DNA of 64,000 nucleotides from an uncultured Bacilli bacterium (GTDB lineage Bacteria; Bacillota_I; Bacilli_A; RF39; UBA660): NCBI GenBank assembly GCA_910588195.1, contig CAJUPN010000001.1, positions 211,343 to 275,342 of the forward strand, read 5' to 3'. Shown piece by piece: positions 38,503 to 47,065 of this stretch (position 1 is its first letter; each line of letters starts with the position of its first letter). The notes under the pieces were generated by a model. It saw only the letters and a program-made list of their open reading frames with translations, ran no database searches and was not told where the DNA came from. The position numbers and the translations under genes were made by a program.

Positions 38503-39252
38503 ATGTTAAATATAAAAAACTTAAAAGTAGCTATAGATGATAAAGTAATATTAGAAAACTTCTCTTTAGATATAAATGATGGTGATGTTGTTGCTTTAAT
38601 GGGACCAAATGGTATAGGAAAGAGTACTATTTGTAAAGTTATTATGGGAGATCCAACTTATAAAGTACTTAGTGGAAGTATTATTTATAATGGAGAAGAT
38701 TTACTTAAAATGGATACAACTACGAGAAGTAGAAAAGGTCTTTATTTAGTTAATCAAAATCCAATTGAAATAGAAGGTGTGACTAATGCTGATATGCTTC
38801 GTACAGCATTAGAATGTCGTACAGGAAATCATACAAATTTTTTTGAATTTAATAAGAAAGTTACAGAGATTTGTAAAAAATTAAATATACCTGCTTCTTT
38901 TATTCATAGAGGTGTAAATGTTGGTATGAGTGGTGGAGAAAAAAAGAAAAATGAATTACTTCATCTTTACGTACTAGAGCCAAAGTTTATTATCCTTGAT
39001 GAACTTGATAGTGGGTTAGATGTAGATTCTTTAAAAGAACTTGCTCTTTCTTTAGTTAATTATTTAGATGATTCAATTTCGATTCTTATTATTACACATC
39101 ATATTTCAATTTTAGAATATATTAAGCCAGATTATGTACACATTTTAAAGGCTGGAAGTATTGTTGCTTCGGGAGATTATAGTTTAGCTTTAGATGTAGA
39201 AAAATCAGGTTTTAGTGCTTATGTTGTAGGGGAAAAAGAAAATCATGAATAA
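38503..39252 (+). CDS. sufC: Fe-S cluster assembly ATPase SufC
   Basis: Walker A GPNGIGKST, ABC signature MSGGEKKK, Walker B ILDELDSGLD. SufC-type N-terminus LNIKNL. Confidence 0.85.
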   Translation: MLNIKNLKVAIDDKVILENFSLDINDGDVVALMGPNGIGKSTICKVIMGDPTYKVLSGSIIYNGEDLLKMDTTTRSRKGLYLVNQNPIEIEGVTNADMLRTALECRTGNHTNFFEFNKKVTEICKKLNIPASFIHRGVNVGMSGGEKKKNELLHLYVLEPKFIILDELDSGLDVDSLKELALSLVNYLDDSISILIITHHISILEYIKPDYVHILKAGSIVASGDYSLALDVEKSGFSAYVVGEKENHE

Positions 39253-39877
39253 AATATTAAGGGATGGGGATAAATTATTTTTAAACAGTGATATAGATTC
39301 TCTTGAAATTATCAATGGAGAAGTCATAATTTATATAAATGATTTAGATGATTTTAAAATAAATATTAATTTATTAGATAATAGTAAGGTTTTAATATAT
39401 GATTATAGTACTAAGAATGTTAATAAGGAAATATATATTTCTCAGGAGAATAGTACTTATTTAAGATATGTTCACACATTTAGAGTTGATGGTAAATATA
39501 ATTTAAAGTATCTAGTTAATTTGAATGGAGATAATAATACTAATGATATATTTATAAGTGGTGTTAGTAATGGAGATGTTGTTTTAGACATTGATGGAAA
39601 AGTTGAAAGTAAGAGTAGTGACAATGTTTTAAATGAAAATATTAAGGTATTAACTAATAAGGGAAAATGTTTTGTAGCACCAAAGTTACATATAAGTGCT
39701 TTAAATGTTTTAGCAAATCATAATACAGCTATTTCTAATGTAAGAGAATCTGAATTGTTTTATTTAGCTAGTAAAGGTATTGATAAAAAGTTTGCACTTG
39801 CATTAATTGAAGATGGTTATGTTTATGGTTATTTAAAAAAATATTCAAGTGAATTTTATGATTTAATAAAAGAATAG
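39245..39877 (+). CDS. sufD: short SufD/SufB-family protein (C-terminal beta-helix region only)
   Basis: 210 aa. C-terminal block ..KCFVAPKLHISALNVLANHNTAISNVRESELFYLASKGIDKKFALALI.. matches the conserved SufB/SufD C-terminus, but N-terminal half is absent relative to ~430-aa SufD. Confidence 0.6.
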   Translation: MNKILRDGDKLFLNSDIDSLEIINGEVIIYINDLDDFKININLLDNSKVLIYDYSTKNVNKEIYISQENSTYLRYVHTFRVDGKYNLKYLVNLNGDNNTNDIFISGVSNGDVVLDIDGKVESKSSDNVLNENIKVLTNKGKCFVAPKLHISALNVLANHNTAISNVRESELFYLASKGIDKKFALALIEDGYVYGYLKKYSSEFYDLIKE

Positions 39878-39888
39878 GAGGTGTTTTT

Positions 39889-41082
39889 ATGAATAGAGAA
39901 GATTTTCCAATGTTAAAAAATAATATAATTTATTTTGATAATGGGGCGACTACATTTAAGCCAGTATCTTTAATTGATACAACTGATTATTATTATAAAG
40001 AAATATGTGCTAATGCCCATCGAGGAGATTATGAAATATCTTATAAGGTAGATACTTTGTATGAAGAAACAAGGAAAAAAGTTGCTAATTTTATTAACGC
40101 CAAAAGAGAGGAAATAGTTTTTACATCAGGGGCAACAGAATCTTTAAATATGATTGCTAATGGTTTTTTTGCTCATATTTTGGAACCTGGTGATGAAATA
40201 CTTTTAACTTTATCTGAACATGCTAGTAATGTATTACCGTGGTTTAGATTATCCAAAATGACAGGTGCGATTATAAAATATATTGATCTTGATAGTAATT
40301 TACATGTAACAATGAATAACGTTATTAGTGCAATTACACCTAGAACTAAAGTTATTAGTTTAGCAGCTATTACGAATGTTGTTGGTGATGAAAGACCAAT
40401 AAAAGAAATTTGTAAGTATGCTCACGAACATAATATTTTTGTTTGTGTTGATGGTGCACAAAGTGTACCTCATGAGAAAACAGATGTTGTAGATATGGAT
40501 TGTGATTTCTTAGTTTTTTCGGCACATAAGATGTGTGGTCCAACTGGAGTTGGAATACTTTATGGAAAAAGAGAATTATTAGAAGAGGTGGAACCTACTA
40601 ATTTAGGTGGGGGTATGAATGAATCTTTTGATAGTGTTGATCAAGTTTATTTAAAAGAATTACCTACAAGATTGGAAGCAGGAACACCTAATATAGCAGG
40701 TATTATTGCCTTTGGAGCAGCAATAGATTATTTATCTAAAATTGGTATGGATAATATTAAATTGTATGAAATAAAGTTAAAGAAATATTTAATAAATAAA
40801 TTAAAGAAAATCCCACATGTTAATGTTATTAATGAAGAATGTGACAGTGGAATTGTTGCTTTTAATGTTGATGGAGTATTTCCCCAAGATGTAGCCTACT
40901 ATTTAAATAAATATAATATCTGTGTTAGAGCTGGTAATCATTGTGCTAAAATACTAAAAAACGCAATAGGTGTAAAAAATACTGTAAGAGTTAGTTTTTA
41001 CTTTTATAATACGGAAGCTGAAATTGATAAATTAGTAGAATTACTTGAAGATAAAAATAGAATTATAAGTGAGATGATTTAA
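39889..41082 (+). CDS. sufS: cysteine desulfurase SufS (class V aminotransferase)
   Basis: PLP-lysine motif SAHKMCGPTGVG. Catalytic-Cys region ..RAGNHCA.. 397 aa. Confidence 0.85.
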   Translation: MNREDFPMLKNNIIYFDNGATTFKPVSLIDTTDYYYKEICANAHRGDYEISYKVDTLYEETRKKVANFINAKREEIVFTSGATESLNMIANGFFAHILEPGDEILLTLSEHASNVLPWFRLSKMTGAIIKYIDLDSNLHVTMNNVISAITPRTKVISLAAITNVVGDERPIKEICKYAHEHNIFVCVDGAQSVPHEKTDVVDMDCDFLVFSAHKMCGPTGVGILYGKRELLEEVEPTNLGGGMNESFDSVDQVYLKELPTRLEAGTPNIAGIIAFGAAIDYLSKIGMDNIKLYEIKLKKYLINKLKKIPHVNVINEECDSGIVAFNVDGVFPQDVAYYLNKYNICVRAGNHCAKILKNAIGVKNTVRVSFYFYNTEAEIDKLVELLEDKNRIISEMI

Positions 41083-41513
41083 TGGATAGTAATATGAAAA
41101 GAGAAATAATTTTAGATAATTATTCTCATCCTTTTAATAGAGGAACTGGGGGGGACGAATACATCAAAGTTAACTCCAATAATGAATCATGTATTGATAA
41201 TATCGATTTATATATTAAATTTAATGATGGAATTATAGAAGATATACAATTTGATGGGGAAGCATGTGCGATATCAACAGCTTCAACTTCTATTATGATA
41301 AAAAATATGGTGGGTAAGAATGTTGATGAAGTTTTAAGTTATATTAAAAATTTTGAAGCAATGCTAAATGAAGAAAAATATGAAGATACAGAATTTAATG
41401 AAGCTGTAGTTTTTGATGAAACATACAAACAAGGAAATCGAAAAACTTGTGTAACTTTACCATATAATGGAATAAAAAGAGCAATTGAGGAATATAATAA
41501 TAGCACTCTTTAA
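41082..41513 (+). CDS. sufU: SufU/IscU-type Fe-S scaffold / sulfur acceptor
   Basis: 143 aa with three conserved Cys regions (..NESCIDN.., ..GEACAIST.., ..TC..). Translationally coupled to sufS. Confidence 0.8.
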   Translation: MDSNMKREIILDNYSHPFNRGTGGDEYIKVNSNNESCIDNIDLYIKFNDGIIEDIQFDGEACAISTASTSIMIKNMVGKNVDEVLSYIKNFEAMLNEEKYEDTEFNEAVVFDETYKQGNRKTCVTLPYNGIKRAIEEYNNSTL

Positions 41514-41540
41514 TAAAGAATAAAAAAAGGGAATTGTTAA

Positions 41541-42326
41541 TCAATTCTCTTTTACTATGTCTAAAAGATGAGTGCATAAACCTAGAATATCATTTCTTTC
41601 ACAAATGGATAAGTGATATTTTAAAAATAATTCAAATTCTTCATCACTTAATTTATTGATATATTCTCTAAAATAATTTGCTACAGTATCTGGAGAAACA
41701 ATTTTTATTCTTTTTAGATTAGCTTTATTATTTAAATTATTTATATCTTCGAGGCGAGAGTAAGAGTAAAGATCTGTCTCAGTACTTTTTATATGGAAAC
41801 TTTCATCTAATCTATCAAGGGAGTTTAATATTTCTTTTTCTTTAAAACCATGTCTAATAACAGCATATTCATTCATAATATATTGAATTAAAATAGTGCC
41901 ACCCTTTTTTAAAACTCTTTTTGCTTCTAGTAAACATTTTAATTTTTCTTCTTCACTGATTAAATGATAAAGAGGACCAAATAACAAAACAACATCATAT
42001 GAATTATCTGGAATCATATTTAAATTAAGGGCATTTCCTTCTATTACTTTTACTTTTGTTGAGTTTTTTTCAATAATTCTCAAGTTATGTTTTACAAGTT
42101 CAATAGCTGTAACTTTATATCCTTCGTCAGCTAAAGGAATAGAGTATGCACCAGATCCTGCACCAATATCTAAAATATTAGGGCATTCATAATTAGCTAA
42201 TACTTCATGAATGTATTTCATACAAGTAAGGAATTCAATTTTCCCGTGGCGAGTTTTTAATCTTTTATCTTCATTAAATTTATTATAATATTTTTTTAAG
42301 TTTTCTTCATTCATTAAAATCACCAA
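41541..42326 (-). CDS. class I SAM-dependent methyltransferase
   Basis: Motif I ILDIGAGSGAYS and motif post-I ...DVVLLFGPLYHL. Confidence 0.75.
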   Translation of the reverse strand: MVILMNEENLKKYYNKFNEDKRLKTRHGKIEFLTCMKYIHEVLANYECPNILDIGAGSGAYSIPLADEGYKVTAIELVKHNLRIIEKNSTKVKVIEGNALNLNMIPDNSYDVVLLFGPLYHLISEEEKLKCLLEAKRVLKKGGTILIQYIMNEYAVIRHGFKEKEILNSLDRLDESFHIKSTETDLYSYSRLEDINNLNNKANLKRIKIVSPDTVANYFREYINKLSDEEFELFLKYHLSICERNDILGLCTHLLDIVKEN

Positions 42327-42331
42327 AATTA

Positions 42332-43261
42332 TTATACCATGGTAATGTGGTTAGTATTTCTTTTTTCTATTTCGTTAGTATTTATTAGTAATCTTAAATT
42401 GCATTGTCTTAAAGGACCATTTTGTTCTAAAGGATTCATTAGAATAGGGTTAAAAAATTTAATGCTTTTGTTTATAATGAGTGAAGTGGTAGCATTTTCA
42501 AAAATTGTATCTTTAAAAATATCTTGTTTTAATAATTCGTCAAATAGATATTCTAAAACAGTTAATACTCTTCTATCTTCAGTAATATTAATTAATGCTG
42601 TTGAAAGCATTACTGGGGTACATTCTCTTTTAGCTTTAATATATTCATCTTTAAATTTTTGTAGAAGACCATTTAGAATAAAAGGAGCATGTTCTAAAAA
42701 ATACTCTCTAATTAAATTATATTCCTCTGGGGTCATAGTAGAGGTTTGAAGGAGATAGTTTTTTAAATCATCTTTTAGGGAAGTGTCAATATTAGGATTA
42801 TTTAATAACTTAAATATATTAAAATAAAATCTAATATGTTGTACATTCATATTTTCTCTTTCTGGATTATAGTTTAAGAAAAGATACTTTTCAGGTTTTT
42901 CTTTAAAATTTGATCTTGAGGAAGGTAAAAATATTCCATCTTGAAAAATGGAGTCTTTAAATACCCCTTGGCTTAAATCTTCATTAAACATACTTATTAA
43001 ACTAGTTTGTTCTCCATAATCAGAATCCATTATTAGAGTAGCATTTACATAGATATTAGCTTTTCTTTGATCTATTATTCTTCTGATTGTGGGGAATACC
43101 TTTGAAGATAATTCTTCTAGGATGTAACTATTGGTATTTTGATAATAAGTTCTTAATGCCTCTAAATTTTTTACTTCTAGTCTTCGAGAAGTTTGTTTAT
43201 TCGCTTCAACAAAGCTTTCAAGTTTTATTAATTTTTCTCGTATTTCTTCAAGAGTATCCAT
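42332..43261 (-). CDS. hypothetical protein (operonic with the methyltransferase)
   Basis: 309-aa ORF ending 5 nt upstream of the methyltransferase start. No motif recognised. Confidence 0.5.
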   Translation of the reverse strand: MDTLEEIREKLIKLESFVEANKQTSRRLEVKNLEALRTYYQNTNSYILEELSSKVFPTIRRIIDQRKANIYVNATLIMDSDYGEQTSLISMFNEDLSQGVFKDSIFQDGIFLPSSRSNFKEKPEKYLFLNYNPERENMNVQHIRFYFNIFKLLNNPNIDTSLKDDLKNYLLQTSTMTPEEYNLIREYFLEHAPFILNGLLQKFKDEYIKAKRECTPVMLSTALINITEDRRVLTVLEYLFDELLKQDIFKDTIFENATTSLIINKSIKFFNPILMNPLEQNGPLRQCNLRLLINTNEIEKRNTNHITMV

Positions 43262-43355
43262 AAGTGCCTCTTTTCCAAAAAATATTATAACAAGATATAT
43301 TGTATTGTCAAATTAAAAAGAGTGTTATATAATTTTTTTAGAAGAGGTGATTATA

Positions 43356-43706
43356 GTGTTTTGCGAAAGTTGTGGAGCAAAAATAGGAAAAGATGATAAG
43401 GCTTGTAAGTCTTGTGGAAAGGAAATCGTAAATGATTGTAATTTAATAGTAAGTCGTCCAGGGAAACTTATGGGATGTGCAGTTAAATTACATATTACTG
43501 TAGATGATACGGAATTTGATTTAGCAGCTGGTGGAGAACAAATGGTTAAGTTAAAAGAAGGAGTACATACAGTTAAATATAATATTTGGTGTAGAAGAGA
43601 ACATAGTGTTGATGTAACTATTGAAAAAGGAAAAGTATGTAAAGTTATTTTTAAATATGATGCTTTATGGGGCGGATTTAAAGTTGATAAGAAGTCAGTT
43701 TTATAA
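43356..43706 (+). CDS. small double zinc-ribbon protein
   Basis: Starts CESCGAKIGKDDKACKSCG, followed by a ~90-aa beta-rich domain. RBS gaagaggtga. The GTG start chosen here and the ORF-track alternative at 43347 are both possible. Confidence 0.45.
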   Translation: MFCESCGAKIGKDDKACKSCGKEIVNDCNLIVSRPGKLMGCAVKLHITVDDTEFDLAAGGEQMVKLKEGVHTVKYNIWCRREHSVDVTIEKGKVCKVIFKYDALWGGFKVDKKSVL

Positions 43707-43723
43707 TTAGCTAATTGACAAAG

Positions 43724-43752
43724 TATAGTAATTATTGTAAAATGAGTTTGTA
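43724..43752 (+). promoter_or_regulatory. sigma-A-like promoter TTGACA-17-TAAAAT for the serS leader
   Basis: ttgaca followed by taaaat with a 17-nt spacer. Confidence 0.45.
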
Positions 43753-43754
43753 AA

Positions 43755-43950
43755 GCGAACATGTAGGATAAGTAATAAATTGTAATCTTATAAGAGAGGT
43801 CATGTTTGGTGGGAATGACTAAGACTAGTTTATGAAATCTACCTACTAGTGTTGTTAATAGCAACCGGATTTTTTAGTCCGTTATCATTAATCAAGTTAA
43901 TTAAAGGGATGGCACCGTGCATTAGCACTCCTTGTGTTGTCTCTTTTTTT
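43755..43950 (+). promoter_or_regulatory. T-box riboswitch leader (serS), variant T-box sequence
   Basis: Variant T-box aaagggatggcaccgtg at 43903-43919, overlapping terminator ..gcactccttgtgttgtctcttttttt. AGAGAGG box upstream. Confidence 0.65.
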
Positions 43951-43973
43951 ATTTTTTAGGAAAGGTGATGAAA

Positions 43974-45257
43974 ATGATAGATATTAATTTGATAAGAGAA
44001 AATAAAGAAAAGGTAATTGAGAATATTAAGCGTAAATTTCAAGATGAAAAAATACCTTTAGTTGAAGAAATTTATAATCTTGATAAAGAATATCGTGAAG
44101 TAAAGCTTAATATGGATACTAAAAGAGCAGAGAAGAACAAATTAAGTGGTGAGATTGGTGCTTTAATGCGTGATAAGAAAATAGATGAAGCAAATGTTAT
44201 TAAAGAAAAAGTATCTAAGATGGGGGATGAAATAGATGCTTTAACTAAAAAGGAAGAAGAATTAAGTGCTGTTATTAAAGAGAAGATGATGAAAATTCCT
44301 AATATTGTTGCTGATTCTGTACCAGTTGGTAAGGATGATTCAGAAAATGTTGAGATTAAGCGTTTTGGAGAAGCATTAATACCTTCTTATGAAATACCTT
44401 ATCATGCTGATATACTTGCTAAATTTAATGCTTTAGATAAGGATGCTAGTGGTAGAACAAGTGGTAATGGTTTTTATTATTTAATGGGTGATGCTGCAAG
44501 ACTTTCAAGCGCCATGATTTCTTATGCTAGAGATTTTATGATTGAAAAAGGTTTTACTTATTGTATTCCTCCTTTTATGATTAGAAGTGATGTTGTAACA
44601 GGTGTTATGTCATTTGCAGAAATGGATGCAATGATGTATAAAATTGAGGGAGAAGATTTATATTTAATTGGTACAAGTGAGCACTCAATGATTGGAAAAT
44701 TTAAAGATCAAATATTAAAACGTGAAGAACTTCCAATAACAATGACATCATATTCTCCATGTTTTAGAAAAGAAGTTGGTGCTCATGGAATTGAGGAGAG
44801 AGGTATTTACCGTGTTCATCAATTTGAAAAACAAGAGATGATTGTTTTATGTGAACCAGAAGACAGTGAAGAATGGTATGAGCGTATGTGGCAGTATACT
44901 GTTGAATTATTTAGAAGCTTAGATATTCCTGTAAGACAGTTGGAATGTTGCACAGGGGATTTAGCTGATTTAAAATATAAATCATGTGATATTGAAGCTT
45001 GGAGTCCTAGACAACAAAAATTCTTTGAAGTTGGATCTTGTTCTAATTTAACAGATTCTCAAGCAAGAAGATTAGGTATACGTGTTAAAAGTGATAAAGG
45101 GAATTATTACTTGCACACTTTAAACAATACTGTTTTAGCTTCAACTCGTGCTTTAATTGCACTTCTAGAGAATAATTATAATGAAGATGGTTCAGTAAAT
45201 ATTCCAGAAGCTTTAAGACCTTATATGGGTGGAAAAGAAAAAATTGAAGTTAAATAA
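43974..45257 (+). CDS. serS: seryl-tRNA synthetase
   Basis: N-terminal coiled-coil (MIDINLIRENKEKV..) and class II motifs (..FRKE.. motif 2, ..GSCSN.. motif 3). Confidence 0.9.
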   Translation: MIDINLIRENKEKVIENIKRKFQDEKIPLVEEIYNLDKEYREVKLNMDTKRAEKNKLSGEIGALMRDKKIDEANVIKEKVSKMGDEIDALTKKEEELSAVIKEKMMKIPNIVADSVPVGKDDSENVEIKRFGEALIPSYEIPYHADILAKFNALDKDASGRTSGNGFYYLMGDAARLSSAMISYARDFMIEKGFTYCIPPFMIRSDVVTGVMSFAEMDAMMYKIEGEDLYLIGTSEHSMIGKFKDQILKREELPITMTSYSPCFRKEVGAHGIEERGIYRVHQFEKQEMIVLCEPEDSEEWYERMWQYTVELFRSLDIPVRQLECCTGDLADLKYKSCDIEAWSPRQQKFFEVGSCSNLTDSQARRLGIRVKSDKGNYYLHTLNNTVLASTRALIALLENNYNEDGSVNIPEALRPYMGGKEKIEVK

Positions 45258-45269
45258 TTATATTTTTTA

Positions 45270-45295
45270 AGAGTCATAATGACTCTTTTTTCTAT
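45270..45295 (+). terminator. rho-independent terminator
   Basis: aagagtcat/aatgactctttttt hairpin. Confidence 0.55.
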
Positions 45296-45368
45296 TTTTA
45301 GTTTGTAAAGTTTGTTATAATATTAATTGTAAATTTTATTATCAAAGATAAAAGATGGGAGAAAGTTT

Positions 45369-45758
45369 ATGAAAAATTTTAAGAAGAAAAAAGATGAGTA
45401 TATTAAAATAAAAGTAGAAAAGTTAATTGATTGGAATGAAGGAAATGGAGAAGGATGTATAGTATCAGATAGAATAACTAAAGAGGGATTTAAAGTTGGT
45501 TATATGTATAGAGAAAATCCTTCTGAAGGTAATCCTGATAGTGGTTGGCGATTTTTAGCTGGAAATGAAGATGAAGTGTATATGAATGATTCAGATAACC
45601 ATCATGTATTTGCTCTTAATACTATTTGTAATTATGATAGAGATATTATTCCTTACTTGAAATCAGTGATAGGTAGTGCATATATAAGAATTAATAAATC
45701 TGAATTTATAGCTGATGATGGTGAGAAAGCTATTTTTGTAGATAAACAAGAGAGATAA
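45369..45758 (+). CDS. hypothetical cytoplasmic protein
   Basis: 129-aa ORF with RBS gggagaaag. No confident family. Confidence 0.45.
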   Translation: MKNFKKKKDEYIKIKVEKLIDWNEGNGEGCIVSDRITKEGFKVGYMYRENPSEGNPDSGWRFLAGNEDEVYMNDSDNHHVFALNTICNYDRDIIPYLKSVIGSAYIRINKSEFIADDGEKAIFVDKQER

Positions 45759-45807
45759 TTTATTAAAAATAAAAAACTTTAAATTTTTGATTTAAAGTTT
45801 TTAGGTA

Positions 45808-46074
45808 TTATTGATGATGTCTGTGATGTTTTCCTTGTCTATTATGTTGATGTCCTGAACTATTACAATTGTTTTCGCAAGTATTATTGTTTGGACAATT
45901 TTTAGTTTCAGTTGTTTCGTTATAATAAGGACAGTTTTCTTCGTTGTGATAAGGACAGTTTTGATTATATGTTGTTTGTTTATTTGTGTTTATATCATTG
46001 TTGTTATTTAAAGCATACACACTTGTAATCGTTAAAGTGGATGCTAATACTACGGCAATTAAATATTTTTTCAT
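45808..46074 (-). CDS. small secreted Cys/His/Asn-rich protein with NCPY repeats and His-rich tail
   Basis: Signal MKKYLIAVVLASTLTITSVYA, then repeats NCPYHNEENCPYYNE..NCPNNNTCENNC and tail GHQHNRQGKHHRHHQ. RBS ggagaaag on the minus strand. Confidence 0.5.
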   Translation of the reverse strand: MKKYLIAVVLASTLTITSVYALNNNNDINTNKQTTYNQNCPYHNEENCPYYNETTETKNCPNNNTCENNCNSSGHQHNRQGKHHRHHQ

Positions 46075-46261
46075 ATATCTTTCTCCTTCTTTTTCTTGAT
46101 TATATAAATATTATATGATGATGTCAATTGGAAATGTAAAAGAAAAATATCTTTTACATAGAAGTTATATAATAAATTTTGATTAGCAAAAAAGATGTAT
46201 GTAAAAGACTTTTGACAGACAAAAATTTATTTGTTTTATACAATGGAAATGGAGATGCAAA

Positions 46262-46843
46262 ATGAATATTGGTGTTCAAATAAAAAAATATAGGGAGAAA
46301 CAAAATATTAGTCAAGAAGAACTTGCTTTAAAAATATTTGTTTCAAGACAAACTATTTCAAATTGGGAAAACAATAAAAGTTATCCTGATATAAATAGTT
46401 TAATTATGTTAAGTGAAATATTTAATGTATCTCTCGATGATTTTATAAAAAATGATATAGAGGAGATGAGAAAGATTGTTGATAAAGATGTGATAAAGAA
46501 GTTTAATCTGGTAAGTTGGGCTTTTTCTTTAGAACTGATTAGTTTAGTTGTTAGTGCTTATCCGTTAGCTAAATTTTTTGATTATATTGGTATTTTTATT
46601 TGGATAATATTATTTTTCCTAACTTTGATAACAGGACATATAATAGAAAGATTTAAAAAAATTAATAATATTCAAACATTCAAAGAAATTTTAGCTTTTG
46701 TTGATGGAACTAAATTAAGTTACGAAGAAACTCAACAAGAATTGGGAAAAAGATTATATCAAAAAATCTTATATGCAATATTAGCTGGTGTAATAGCTCT
46801 TATTGTAAGTTTAATTATAATATTTATCTTTAATAATATTTAG
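46262..46843 (+). CDS. membrane-anchored XRE-family HTH regulator
   Basis: HTH_3 motif (ISQEELALKIFVSRQTISNWENNK) plus 3 C-terminal TM helices. Confidence 0.6.
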   Translation: MNIGVQIKKYREKQNISQEELALKIFVSRQTISNWENNKSYPDINSLIMLSEIFNVSLDDFIKNDIEEMRKIVDKDVIKKFNLVSWAFSLELISLVVSAYPLAKFFDYIGIFIWIILFFLTLITGHIIERFKKINNIQTFKEILAFVDGTKLSYEETQQELGKRLYQKILYAILAGVIALIVSLIIIFIFNNI

Positions 46844-46860
46844 AATAGGAGGAAAATAAT

Positions 46861-46956
46861 ATGGAATTTTGGATATTTATGATAGTATTTATATTTATTG
46901 GTGGAGGCTGTTCACTTACTGGTACTTGGTGGGTAAAAAAGAACAAGAAAAAGTAA
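46861..46956 (+). CDS. 31-aa hydrophobic peptide ORF
   Basis: Strong RBS taggaggaaaataat, then ATG. Encodes MEFWIFMIVFIFIGGGCSLTGTWWVKKNKKK*. Below the ORF-track size cut-off, and no competing ORF. Confidence 0.45.
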   Translation: MEFWIFMIVFIFIGGGCSLTGTWWVKKNKKK

Positions 46957-47065
46957 TTACAGTTTTATATTAATATAAAAAGTGAGGCTTATATTTATAA
47001 GTCTTTTTATTTGAGTTTATTATAAAAATGTTTTATAATACTTTTCTAGTTGGGAATGGTTTTTT

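Noticed and set aside
43325-43864. 179-aa minus-strand ORF overlapping the zinc-ribbon gene and the serS T-box leader
   Set aside because: Low-complexity, Leu/Thr/Ser-rich translation without RBS. It is antisense to a plausible zinc-ribbon ORF and to a T-box leader, so most likely a spurious ORF in AT-rich DNA.
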